Source: Octopus bimaculoides (Eukaryota). Taken from it: 52,400 nucleotides of DNA. Position numbers and translations under genes: made by a program. Shown here piece after piece: positions 12,169-24,225 of this stretch. Below the pieces are notes generated by a model. That model worked only from the letters and a program-made list of their open reading frames with translations. It was not told the DNA's origin and ran no database searches. How positions within the stretch are numbered: the first letter of the stretch is position 1; the number at the start of each line of letters is the position of its first letter. The DNA is taken from positions 56,283,436 to 56,335,835 of the forward strand of contig NC_068983.1 of assembly GCF_001194135.2 (NCBI RefSeq), read 5' to 3'.

Positions 12169-12590
12169 GAGACAGAATCTTATGAGATTAGGTGTTTTAA
12201 GAAAAAGGATATGAACAACGCTCTTGGTCTTAAAAATATGAACAACATAGAAGAAATGGCACCACAAGACACAGCAAACATACTCTTTGTACGTAGACTC
12301 TTACAAATACAGCAGAAAACACCAATATGGTAGGTGTGCAAAGCCTACAGAATTGTGCTCGACAGAGTAGTGAAAGTAAGCGAAGATAAAGTTACAGAAA
12401 AATTATATTAATGAAAACAGCAATGATAATTTCAGCTTAATTTAGAAATAATTCTATGAAATATTCTAATTTAATTAGAATCGTAGTAAGTTTATAAACA
12501 TATACGATTTAATGATATAATGTATTAAAATATTTCCTTCCAGTAAAAATAGTTGGTAATCTTATTAGTTCATATTATTTTTGCGTACAC

Positions 12591-12707
<117 letters not shown>

Positions 12708-13790
12708 GCATGCGTTTATATTTAATGTTTATGGGTATTCCTGACATTTACATGGTACGGATAGTTTAATAAAATTATATTTGTTGAGTACATCTTATTC
12801 ATCTTAACAAGTTCTTTCGTATTTGAAATATTTTTTTCAATTACGAAATCATGTTTAGATTATTTAGCTGCAGGTATAGACTTAATATATAGTAATTAAC
12901 TTATAAGAACAACTTGTATAAGTAGAGTACATTATGCGTAGATGTATTTTAATTCTAAAAAAAAAAAAAAATCATAATAAAAGCATGATAGCTTTCTTCG
13001 CAATATTTAATATAAAGAAGAACATAATATATTTATAGACTGGAATGCAGGCAATATATGTTTGGATAATGGAATGTGTATTCGGTTGATGTAAGCATTT
13101 AGTACTAAAAGTCCATAATTAATTATCATCTGCGCGTAAAAGAGCGAGGATCAAAACGATGACGTAAATATTGTTAATATGTTCCTGCAGATCTGAATGT
13201 GGGTATGTTAATAGCTGTTGTATTTCGCCTTATGAAACAAACTGATCTTTTCATATGATATGAGCTGATAATGATGTGGATTCATTTACGTGAAAGAGCT
13301 TTGAGTCACTGGTGTTTCAACTTGATTGTGCCTCTTCAGCGAAAACTCCTCCCGATCAATGAAACTAATCAAAAATGACCATTACTGCTAATAGAATTCA
13401 GGAAAAACTATTTGCTGATGCGAATGAATATGTACATGATTTTGAATTCCATTGTTTTACGACTTCTTTCATAATCTGATTGTCGATATTTAACACCAAG
13501 TACGCATTTCAATATGCTCTGTTTCGGTTGAGAGAGTACACATCCCATTACAGGTCTGTAAGACCCCATTGAACTCTTATATAGAGAGCATTAGGAAAAC
13601 CACCCTTAAATTTGAAGAAGTGTGACATGTCAGCCTCTCGCACTTTCCTAAGTAAAGTGAGTCGATAAAATCAGGCAAAGAAACCTGTTTTTATCGACAC
13701 ACTTCGCTCATTCCTTCTCAATTTCTTTGAACTGGCTCATAAACATTTGGAAAAAATAGAAAATTGCATTATTATTATTGTTGCTGTTTA

Positions 13791-14010
13791 AGGCACCGAG
13801 CTGGCAGAATTGTTAACGCGCCGGGCGAAATGCTTAGCGGTATTTTGTCTGTCTTTACGTTCTGAGTTTATATTCCGCCGATGTCGACTTTGTCTTTCAT
13901 CCTTTCGGGGTCAATAAATTAAGTACCAGCTGAGTACTGGGTTCGATGTAATCGACTTGCCCCTTCCCCCAAAATTTCAGGCCTTGTGCCTCTATAGTAG
14001 AAAGTATTAT
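13791..14010 (+). mobile_element. SINE family C (tRNA-derived)
   Basis: gagctggcagaattgttaac...gttctgagtttatattccgcc...ctttcatcctttcggggtc...ggccttgtgcc; at least 11 copies in the window. An older copy follows at about 14030-14240. Confidence 0.88.
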
Positions 14011-14810
14011 CATTATTGTTGTTAATGCGATAAACTAGCAGAGTCTTTGGAACGATGGAAAAATACTTTGTAGTAATTCTTCTTGGTTTTGAATTCTGAG
14101 TTCAAATCCTGCTAAAGCCAAACTTCGCCATTCTTCCCTTCGTGGACGATAAAATAAAGACTCAATCAAGTTCCGAGGAGCTATGTTATCAAAGTACTCC
14201 TTCACTTTAAAATTATAGACCTTGTGCCAACATTAGAAACCATTATTATTGGTGGTGGTGGAGTAAGTTGTGTTATTGACGCTGTTTATACTGTTTCAAT
14301 CTCTTGAAATTTCTATTTTCACAAACATTCTTCTTCTTTGTGTTTTATTTCCTTTACTGTACAAATACAAACGAATAACCTTGAAACGCAGCCTTTGTAC
14401 TAATTTCTTTGTCTATTTATATTTAATCTATTTTGATAATTGAAAATTATTTGGGGGACGTGTTTGTTTACGTTACTGAGGCTAATGCCACTATCTCTAC
14501 AGGAAGCATCGCTTCCTGTCGCTTCTGGAAATATTTAAAATCACGTACAGTATTGCTACAAGCTGTTTCATAAAATACTTGAAATGCTTAATGATAAATC
14601 CTCGTATTCCAGTTAGTGTGATAAACTAATTAAATGATCCGAAGAATTCTGTTTGTAAAATTGGAACACTCACACACCCCCATCCACCCACACACAAACG
14701 ACGTCCTCCCCCCACTCTTTTCCTTAAAGTAATCCCGTTAAAAATATATTCGTGGACTGTTGACACGTTTGAATGAATAATTGATAATCAATAATAATAC
14801 AAATAATAGG

Positions 14811-15826
14811 AAAGTATTAACAGGTATTATCGCATGGGAAAATATATACGTTCCTTGCGGAAAACAATCTACTGTTAGTAGAACAAAATGGATACCGAAA
14901 AGGATCCAAGGGCACAGAGGACCACATTGCGATAGACAAGGTTATAGTTGGTTGGTTGGCACTCCGTCGGTTACGACGACCAAGGTCCCATCTGATATGA
15001 TTAAATGAACAGCTTGCTCGTGAAATTAACGTGCAAGTGGTTGAGCACTCCACAGACACATGTACCCTTAACGTAATTCTCGGGGAGATTCAGCGTGACA
15101 CAGAGTGTGACAAGGCTGGGCCCTTTGAAATACAGGTACTACAGAAACAAGACGAAAGAGTGAGAGAAAGTTGTGGTGAAAGAGTACAGTAGGATTCGCC
15201 ATCATCCCCTGCCGGAGCTTCGTGGAACTTTAGGAGTTTTCGCTCAATAAACACTCACACCGCTCGGTCTGGGAATCGAAACCACGATCCTACGACCGCG
15301 ACTCCGCCGCCCTAACCACTGGGCCATTGCGCCTCCACAGACAAGGTTATAATGAAGAACTGTATACGGTACCAAAACAGCTTATGCATGGCCAGAATAG
15401 ACTTCAAATAGGCTTACGACATGTTGCCGCATTTATGGATTTTGGAAACACTCGACGTGGAATAGCTGAGAACGTGTGTGCACTGATTAAGAACAGCATG
15501 CCTAGTTGGAAAACACGTCTTTCCTGTAACAACCAGCATTTAGCCTAGGTAACAATAAAAAAAGGCATCTTCCAAGGAGACTCTTGTTTACCAGTTATTT
15601 GTTATAACCTCGATCCCACTTTTTGTAGTCATGCGCAAAGTCAACGTGCGCTATGATCTGAGGAAGAATGGATCTCGTCTCAACTACCTTCTCTTCGTTG
15701 ATGATTTAAAACTGTTCGCAAAAAAACAGAACCTGGGATGGAGAGGCTGGTTGAGACTGTGCAAATGTGCAGCAAGGATAGAGAGATGGAATTTGGCATC
15801 TCGAAGTGTGCGGTTAAACTCAAACA
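14811..15826 (+). pseudogene. R4/Dong-like LINE reverse-transcriptase fragment, split by a SINE
   Basis: After removing the SINE and allowing frameshifts: KVLTGIIA...EQNGYRKGSKGTEDHIAIDKVI|MKN...MARIDFK*AYDMLPHLWIL...IKKGIFQGDS...NYLLFVDDLKLFAK...MEFGISKCAV. Confidence 0.85.
14947..15338 (-). mobile_element. SINE family A, full length, 13-bp TSD
   Basis: TSD agacaaggttata at 14934-14946 and 15339-15351; tRNA-like head at 15265-15336. Confidence 0.93.
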
Positions 15827-16790
15827 TTCCCTCCTGCAATAGGCAGCCATTACATTTTCATTCTGAAATCTCAGACATCATGCTTTCATAACATGGATAA
15901 CTTGAAGGAACTGTTATTCTTGTCCTTCGTTAACTGCATTAAAATTTTCTGGAAAAATTCCAGGTGAGAAAATAGAAACTGTGTTATTAACATTCGATAG
16001 ACCATGACATTATACGCATAAAAAATTTTCTCATTCCACTTATATAAACCAGGTAATTATTATTCAACAGAGAGGTTTTGAATAACCAGTAAAAAGTCAG
16101 CCAAACTTATAATTCCAGTGTGTGGTGGTTTTGGTCAAATATGCTAGCTAAAATTTCCTTCATTCGCACCTGAACAAAACTTTCCCCCTTAATTTTCTGT
16201 ATTCACGTTTGGGAATTCATCTCGAGATGATTTGAACCATTGCTTTTCCAAAATATTTCAGTAAACCAAGTTTAATATGGATCACCTTAAGAGAAAATGC
16301 TACCGTGCTAGTTATTGGGACATGTGTTGATATTAGTGGCCTACCATTGATATTAGTTGCTCGGTTGCTCAATCAACATAACAGGCAACAGTATTTCGTA
16401 AATCCTGTTTGTATGCCTATCAGTAACGCAATAATTTTTGGATTTTCAAAGAAGTTCATTTGCGAAATAGGGTATTGAATCATACAGAGTATGATATATA
16501 AATATTATGACATGTCTAGCTCAACTTGTAAATGTTCGATATTGAATGAACAAATATCTATTCGCATTCACTCTTCACCTTTTGACTGATAAATCTGAAT
16601 GAATATTTTTCTACAAACTTCAATGATAAATATGAATTATTTTGGGATTTTCAGAAGAAGTTACAAGATATTGATATATCGCTGAATGAGTTATCTGCAT
16701 GCAAACAATTTTACAAAAATTAATTTCATTCTCGACACTATAGTTTATTAATTCGACTGAGTTTTATCAATGACTTCTCTGGAAGTATAC
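15826..16790 (-). pseudogene. Old Chapaev-3-like (CMC) DNA transposase relic
   Basis: Minus strand fragments KIIALLIGIQTGFTKYCCLLC, IHIKLGLLKYFGKAM, FLFSHLEFFPENFNAV and VMAAYC, collinear with the better copy at 26672-27951. Confidence 0.7.
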
Positions 16791-17754
16791 ACTATCAACA
16801 AAAACCTTTGCTTTGATCTACGCACCTATCGCATCCAGTATCTGAAAATACTTTCTCACTTTCTTTTTTGGCGGACTGCGCCGGGTTTTATTTCAGAAAA
16901 ACAACAACAGTAATAGTAAAAGAAGATAAAGAAGATATTTGGAGTGAGAACGAGGTAATTCATTGGTTTCATATATACATATATCTATATCTGTATATAT
17001 AAATGTATATATNNNNNNNNNNNNNNNNNNNNNNNNNNNNNNNNNNNNNNNNNNNNNNNNNNNNNNNNNNNNNNNNNNNNNNNNNNNNNNNNNNNNNNNN
17101 NNNNNNNNNNNNNNNNNNNNNNNNNNNNNNNNNNNNNNNNNNNNNNNNNNNNNNNNNNNNNNNNNNNNNNNNNNNNNNNNNNNNNNNNNNNNNNNNNNNN
17201 NNNNNNNNNNNNNNNNNNNNNNNNNNNNNNNNNNNNNNNNNNNNNNNNNNNNNNNNNNNNNNNNNNNNNNNNNNNNNNNNNNNNNNNNNNNNNNNNNNNN
17301 NNNNNNNNNNNNNNNNNNNNNNNNNNNNNNNNNNNNNNNNNNNNNNNNNNNNNNNNNNNNNNNNNNNNNNNNNNNNNNNNNNNNNNNNNNNNNNNNNNNN
17401 NNNNNNNNNNNNNNNNNNNNNNNNNNNNNNNNNNNNNNNNNNNNNNNNNNNNNNNNNNNNNNNNNNNNNNNNNNNNNNNNNNNNNNNNNNNNNNNNNNNN
17501 NNNNNNNNNNNNNNNNNNNNNNNNNNNNNNNNNNNNNNNNNNNNNNNNNNNNNNNNNNNNNNNNNNNNNNNNNNNNNNNNNNNNNNNNNNNNNNNNNNNN
17601 NNNNNNNNNNNNNNNNNNNNNNNNNNNNNNNNNNNNNNNNNNNNNNNNNNNNNNNNNNNNNNNNNNNNNNNNNNNNNNNNNNNNNNNNNNNNNNNNNNNN
17701 NNNNNNNNNNNNNNNNNNNNNNNNNNNNNNNNNNNNNNNNNNNNNNATGTATAT

Positions 17755-18093
17755 ACTGAAACCCCCTTCGGTCATGACTGACCATGGGATTGCACCTAGA
17801 AAGTTACCCACCGAGGCACAAGTCCGGGCAAGGTTGTTTATGGAAGACCAGCAGTCGCCAATGCATACCGGTCTCCCCTCTCCACGCCACCAGTGTTATC
17901 CAAGGGAAAGGCAAAGACCGATACAGCTTGGCACCTGTGACGTCGCAACTCATTTTTACAGCTGAGTGAACTGGAGCAACGTGAAATAAAGTGCCTTGTT
18001 CAAGAACACAGCACGTATCCCGGTCCGGGATTCGAACTCACAACCTCACAATCGTAAGCTCGACGCTCTAGCCACTGAGCCATGCGCCTTCAC
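17755..18093 (-). mobile_element. SINE family D (tRNA head, CORE, distinct tail)
   Basis: Head ggcgcatggctcagtggctagagcg...gttcgaatccc with clear A and B boxes; CORE tgtgttcttgaacaaggcactttatttcacg...cagctgtaaaaatgag; tail ends gtcatgaccgaagggggtttc. Confidence 0.85.
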
Positions 18094-18099
18094 TGCATG

Positions 18100-18392
18100 T
18101 ATATATGTACGTGAGATAATAGTTTCGCTATTAATAGTGAAAGTATTAAACAGAAAGTATTATCTCACGTTACAATAGAGATGCTTTTGTTTCACTTTTG
18201 ACACATAATACTGAAATAGTGTAAGAGATACGATATTGATCCGGGCTCGCATTAGGTAAAAAGTTGAAAATTATTTTGGCCCATGACACTGTATGGACTC
18301 TAAGTAAAGCATGTGTAAATTTGAATGAAATCAGTGGGGTCGTTCTCGAGTTTTAGCGATGCACACATACATACTGACATTCTCACTTATAT
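18100..18392 (+). mobile_element. Helentron/HINE-like non-autonomous element fragment with long palindrome
   Basis: 3' part aagcatgtgtaaatttgaatgaaatcagtgg...gagttttagcgatg-cacacatacatac-tgacattctcactt(ta)n resembles the 3' end of the 39338-40180 element; palindrome at 18109-18170. Confidence 0.45.
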
Positions 18393-20528
18393 ATATATAT
18401 ATATATATATATNNNNNNNNNNNNNNNNNNNNNNNNNNNNNNNNNNNNNNNNNNNNNNNNNNNNNNNNNNNNNNNNNNNNNNNNNNNNNNNNNNNNNNNN
18501 NNNNNNNNNNNNNNNNNNNNNNNNNNNNNNNNNNNNNNNNNNNNNNNNNNNNNNNNNNNNNNNNNNNNNNNNNNNNNNNNNNNNNNNNNNNNNNNNNNNN
18601 NNNNNNNNNNNNNNNNNNNNNNNNNNNNNNNNNNNNNNNNNNNNNNNNNNNNNNNNNNNNNNNNNNNNNNNNNNNNNNNNNNNNNNNNNNNNNNNNNNNN
18701 NNNNNNNNNNNNNNNNNNNNNNNNNNNNNNNNNNNNNNNNNNNNNNNNNNNNNNNNNNNNNNNNNNNNNNNNNNNNNNNNNNNNNNNNNNNNNNNNNNNN
18801 NNNNNNNNNNNNNNNNNNNNNNNNNNNNNNNNNNNNNNNNNNNNNNNNNNNNNNNNNNNNNNATATATATATATATATATAAACCTATGATTTTATACAT
18901 TTGCAAATGCTCTCTCTACGTCTTAGACTTAGGCAAGATATTTTTATATTATTGTAAATATTTAGATTCTCTGGTTGGTAGTTGAATGGCTTCCTGTTTT
19001 TGCTTTTACGATATTTTCAAGGTTCATACTTCATCACACACAACGTCATATACAGCATATCACATTGTAAGTCTTCTGTCCATTATGTGGAGTGCGAGGA
19101 GTTGGGTGTGTTGGTTATGAACGGTGCAAGTAACCAAATACATATCGAAAAACTCCCGGCTTAGATTATCTAAGTTCTCTATTGCCCCGACAGTTTGCAT
19201 TTTCATACCATAATGTAAAAGAAGGAAAATCGAACAAGGAGGGGGGGAAATGATGTAAGTTTAGAGGAGTATTTGATAAAATATTAATGATTACGATGGG
19301 CATATCTATTCGCTATAATCGGACAAATGTAGGCACAAGTAAGTCTGTAATTTAGTTTCTGAACTGTTGCTATGTATTAGCAGCTTCCGATATGGTTTTC
19401 ACAGTCAGTCATGGATTTATGCCTGCAGACATGCAATTGTACATCAATAATGCATAGGCATATTACATTTATACCTTTCTACATAGCTATGCACACTCTG
19501 TCTCAATAACATAAGCATATATAAAGCTTCTCTGAAGCATACAACCATACGGACTCGTGTAAAATGTGTTTATATATGGAGATTATACAGGTGAGTTGAA
19601 ATACGTACAGGCGTCAATAAAAAGGACATTCACGCATAAACGCACGCACATATATATACATAAAAGCATACGAATGTACACTCTCTTTCTCTCTCTCCCT
19701 CTCTTTCTCTCCCATCTTCTTTCTCTCTCTGTCTCTCCCTCTCTCATACACACACACGTATAAGGAATATATTTGTTCATTTATAACACAAGCAGAAATA
19801 AACGTGTAAGTACGTATATAATTATACCTATAATAAATATACACAAATATTAATACAAATATACATACGTTTACACACTCCAACTCGCAAAGGTATAATT
19901 ACACACATAAACGCAGCTATAGACACATCTACAAGCACAATCATACATATATACATATATATTTTTATCATTTTCTATTGCTATACTATTAATCGCATAT
20001 GTGTGTATGTGTCTATTTAAGTACATAGGTCTGTTGGGAGAGAGACAGACGTTTTAGTGTGCGTGCATATGGCCACTGCTATTCAGATTATCGGCTCTAC
20101 GACATATGTACTTCCGTGATAGTTGCTAATGAATACTCTCAACACATTTACATATGCATATATCTAATGTTAACTATGTACAAAGATAAAAACCCGAACA
20201 AAATGGCTCTTGCTCACACAACATTTGTTACAGAGGCTCAAACATGTACATGCACGCCCCATCCACTCACTTCATATTCACACGCACATATATGGCGTCT
20301 AAAGAAAATGATTGCGTGCATCAAATGTGTACATAATATAACTTGGATCAAATTCACAGACACTCTTACTGATTCTTACTTGCAATCTTATACGCCTACA
20401 CAGATATACGTATGTATGGAGAATATATAGGCCTTACTTATAGCTAGCACGCCGGAGTGAAAACTACGTGAAAAAAATGTCTGCCGGGACTGCATGGTTC
20501 CAAGTTAAATCACACCTACTTGTGGTAG

Positions 20529-20901
20529 CCCGGAGGCGCAATGGCCCAGTGGTTAGGGCAGCGGACTCGCGGTCGTAGGATCGCGGTTTCGATTCCCAGA
20601 CCGGGCGTTGTGAGTGTTTATTGAGCGTAAACACCTAAAGTTCCACAAGGCTCCGGCAGGGGATGGTGGAGAGCCCTACTGTACTCTTTCACCACAATTT
20701 TCTTTCTGTTTCTGTTGTGCCTGTATTTCAAAGGGCCAGCCTTGTCACACTTTGTATCACGCTGAATCTCCCCGAGAACTACGCTAAGGGTACACGTGTC
20801 TGTGGAGCACTCAGCCACTTGCACGTTAATTTCCTGAGCAGGTTGTTCCGTTGATCGGATCAACTGGAACCCTCGTCGTCGTATCTGAAGGAGTGCCACC
20901 A
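20529..20901 (+). mobile_element. SINE family A, full length, 11-bp TSD
   Basis: TSD acttgtggtag at 20518-20528 and 20902-20912; head ggaggcgcaatggcccagtggttagggc...gtttcgattccc. Confidence 0.93.
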
Positions 20902-22411
20902 ACTTGTGGTAGTAGGATAATAGTTCAGTTATCTTGATAGAGGGTGCGGTTGACTTTTGTAATATGTGGAGTATCCTTTTTCCACAGAGAGAAAAAAAGG
21001 AAGTTCTGAGCTCTGAGCGAATACGAAAGACACGCTTGGTGGAGCGTGAGAAAGACCGGGGAAAATTGTGCGGAGGCTACGGGAAACTATTGAGGAGGCT
21101 GCAGGCGAATATAGAGGAGGATCCGAACCAACGGGGAGTAGGTATTTTCGATAATGCTGCTGATTATACTGGGTCAGGCAATTTTCTTTTTGTAAACCTC
21201 AAGTAGCATATGTGACAAGTGAATCCTACCTCGATATCATCAGCTGTAAGTTCTGTGTAAAATATTTGGAATACCATCAGGCAGAGTGAGAGTCGCCCTA
21301 CAGATCACAGCTATGAATTGTTAGGATCGCTTCATTGCGTAGATCGTTTGATTTCGGTTGTTGCAGCGATAGTTAAATGGGTATACACACACACACACTC
21401 ACACACACACACGCACACACACACACACACACNNNNNNNNNNNNNNNNNNNNNNNNNNNNNNNNNNNNNNNNNNNNNNNNNNNNNNNNNNNNNNNNNNNN
21501 NNNNNNNNNNNNNNNNNNNNNNNNNNNNNNNNNNNNNNNNNNNNNNNNNNNNNNNNNNNNNNNNNNNNNNNNNNNNNNNNNNNNNNNNNNNNNNNNNNNN
21601 NNNNNNNNNNNNNNNNNNNNNNNNNNNNNNNNNNNNNNNNNNNNNNNNNNNNNNNNNNNNNNNNNNNNNNNNNNNNNNNNNNNNNNNNNNNNNNNNNNNN
21701 NNNNNNNNNNNNNNNNNNNNNNNNNNNNNNNNNNNNNNNNNNNNNNNNNNNNNNNNNNNNNNNNNNNNNNNNNNNNNNNNNNNNNNNNNNNNNNNNNNNN
21801 NNNNNNNNNNNNNNNNNNNNNNNNNNNNNNNNNNNNNNNNNNNNNNNNNNNNNNNNNNNNNNNNNNNNNNNNNNNNNNNNNNNNNNNNNNNNNNNNNNNN
21901 NNNNNNNNNNNNNNNNNNNNNNNNNNNNNNNNNNNNNNNNNNNNNNNNNNNNNNNNNNNNNNNNNNNNNNNNNNNNNNNNNNNNNNNNNNNNNNNNNNNN
22001 NNNNNNNNNNNNNNNNNNNNNNNNNNNNNNNNNNNNNNNNNNNNNNNNNNNNNNNNNNNNNNNNNNNNNNNNNNNNNNNNNNNNNNNNNNNNNNNNNNNN
22101 NNNNNNNNNNNNNNNNNNNNNNNNNNNNNNNNNNNNNNNNNNNNNNNNNNNNNNNNNNNNNNNNNNNNNNNNNNNNNNNNNNNNNNNNNNNNNNNNNNNN
22201 NNNNNNNNNNNNNNNNNNNNNNNNNNNNNNNNNNNNNNNNNNNNNNNNNNNNNNNNNNNNNNNNNNNNNNNNNNNNNNNNNNNNNNNNNNNNNNNNNNNN
22301 NNNNNNNNNNNNNNNNNNNNNNNNNNNNNNNNNNNNNNNNNNNNNNNNNNNNNNNNNNNNNNNNNNNNNNNNNNNNNNNNNNNNNNNNNNNNNNNNNNNN
22401 NNNNNNNNNNN

Positions 22412-22453
<42 letters not shown>

Positions 22454-22857
22454 AAAACGGGAGAGAGAGAGAGAGAGAGATAGAGAGAGAGAGATAAGTT
22501 GACATATTGTGATGGAACGTCAGTGAGGAAATTGAAACTGCGAAAATCATGTTTGATAAAAGCTTTGCTTACAAGACAACACCTGTTTTTGCTATTGTCT
22601 GGGGTAAAAAAAAAATGCAAATTAAAAATACTTAAGCAAGAAATATGAATAAAATTGAAGTGAATAGGAGAGAATTAATATAACGACAATGTGTGAACTT
22701 GGAAGAAGTGAAAGAAAAAGAAATGGTAGAAACAAACAAAAGCATAAACTAATCAGGGAATGAATTTTGGTTCTGTGGTATCAAGTAAATGAAATAACCC
22801 TTTAGCTGATGATGTTGACGCAATGTAAGCAGGATTAAATAGAAGCAACAATGAGTA

Positions 22858-23070
22858 ATCTTTCTACTAAAGGCACGAGGCCTGAAATTTGGGGGAAGGG
22901 GACTAGTCGATTAGATCGAGCCCAGTACCTGAATGGAATTTAATTTATCGACCTCAAAAGGATGAAAGGCAAAGTCGAGCTCGGCGGAATTTGAACTCAG
23001 ACCGTAGCGATGGGCGAAATACCGCTAAGCATTTCGTCCACCGTGCTAACGATTCTACCAGCTCATCGCT
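22858..23070 (-). mobile_element. SINE family C
   Basis: Reverse complement of the family C body (ggatgaaaggcaaagtcg...ggcggaatttgaactcag). Confidence 0.88.
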
Positions 23071-23087
23071 TCAGAAGTAACAATGAA

Positions 23088-23510
23088 TACTCTTTTACTC
23101 TTTACTCTTTTACTTGTTTCAGTCATTTTAACTGTGGCCATGTTGGAGCACTTCCTTTAGCTGAGCAAATCGACCCCAGAACTTATTCTTTGTAAGCCTA
23201 GTACTTATTCTATCGGGGTCTTTTGCCGAACCGCTAAGTTACGGGGACGTAAACACACCAGCATCGGTTGTCAATCGATGCTGGCGGGGGGTGGGGGGAA
23301 AGACAGGCACAAAAATATACACACACACATATGCATGTTTATACATATATACGATGAGCTTTCAGTTTCCGTCTACCAAATCTACTCACAAGGCTTTGGT
23401 CCGCCCGAAGCTATAGTAGAAGTCAATTGCCCAAGGTGCCACGCAGTGGAAGTAACCCGGAACCATGAGGTTCGTAAGCAAGCTACTTGCCTCACAGCCA
23501 CTCCTACGCC
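23088..23510 (-). mobile_element. SINE family B, full length
   Basis: Head, CORE-like block, short internal CA/TA tract, tail and (GAGTAAAA)n terminus all present. Confidence 0.9.
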
Positions 23511-24005
23511 GATAATAATAATTGTTTCTAAATTTGGCATGACCTTAGGATAAAAAAATGTGTATTGAGAATGCTGCTGTACTTCGTCTGCGAATACATG
23601 AATGGACGCCTTCATCAGGCGGTGAAGCAGCTGTGAAGGTGTTTCGGTTACTTCCCCCACGACACCATAGCTCTCCGGGGTTACCCGATGAAGGCAACAA
23701 AATTCATGTATAACAACACGAAACTGTTGTCACATCAGTGTTTTATGGGGTTTTATTTTTGTAGTTCTATCCTTGTACAATTCTTCCTTATAGGTTTTGA
23801 AACTTGAGTAAATTTTACCTCTTTCCAGACGTATGACAATGGCGAGACAAGTAAAAATAAAAGCCGAAGAAAAAAACCGAACGATTTTGTCTGATAACCA
23901 CATATAAAACAATGTAGTAATGTAATGCTGCTTAAGAAATAACAACAACAACATCAAGAAAAGATGTCTGTAAAATGATGCAAGATTAATATAATAGGAG
24001 GACCA

Positions 24006-24225
24006 AAGGCAACGAGCTGACACAATCGTTAGCTCAGCGGTATAAATGTTTAGCGGCATTTCGTCCGACTTCACGTTCTGAGTTCAAATTCCGCCGAGAT
24101 CGACCTTGCTTTTCATCCTTTTGGGGGTCGATTAAATAAGTACCAGTTGAGCACTGGTGTCGATGCAACCGACTTACCCCACTCCCCTGAAATTTCTGGT
24201 CATGTGGCAAAATTTGAAATCAATA
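24006..24225 (+). mobile_element. SINE family C
   Basis: gttctgagttcaaattccgccgag...cttttcatcctttt... Confidence 0.88.

Noticed and set aside
20529-20605. tRNA gene (also 10230-10305, 15265-15336 and 18020-18093)
   Set aside because: The A and B boxes are present but there is no proper acceptor stem; each continues into a SINE body, and the family A copies have TSDs.
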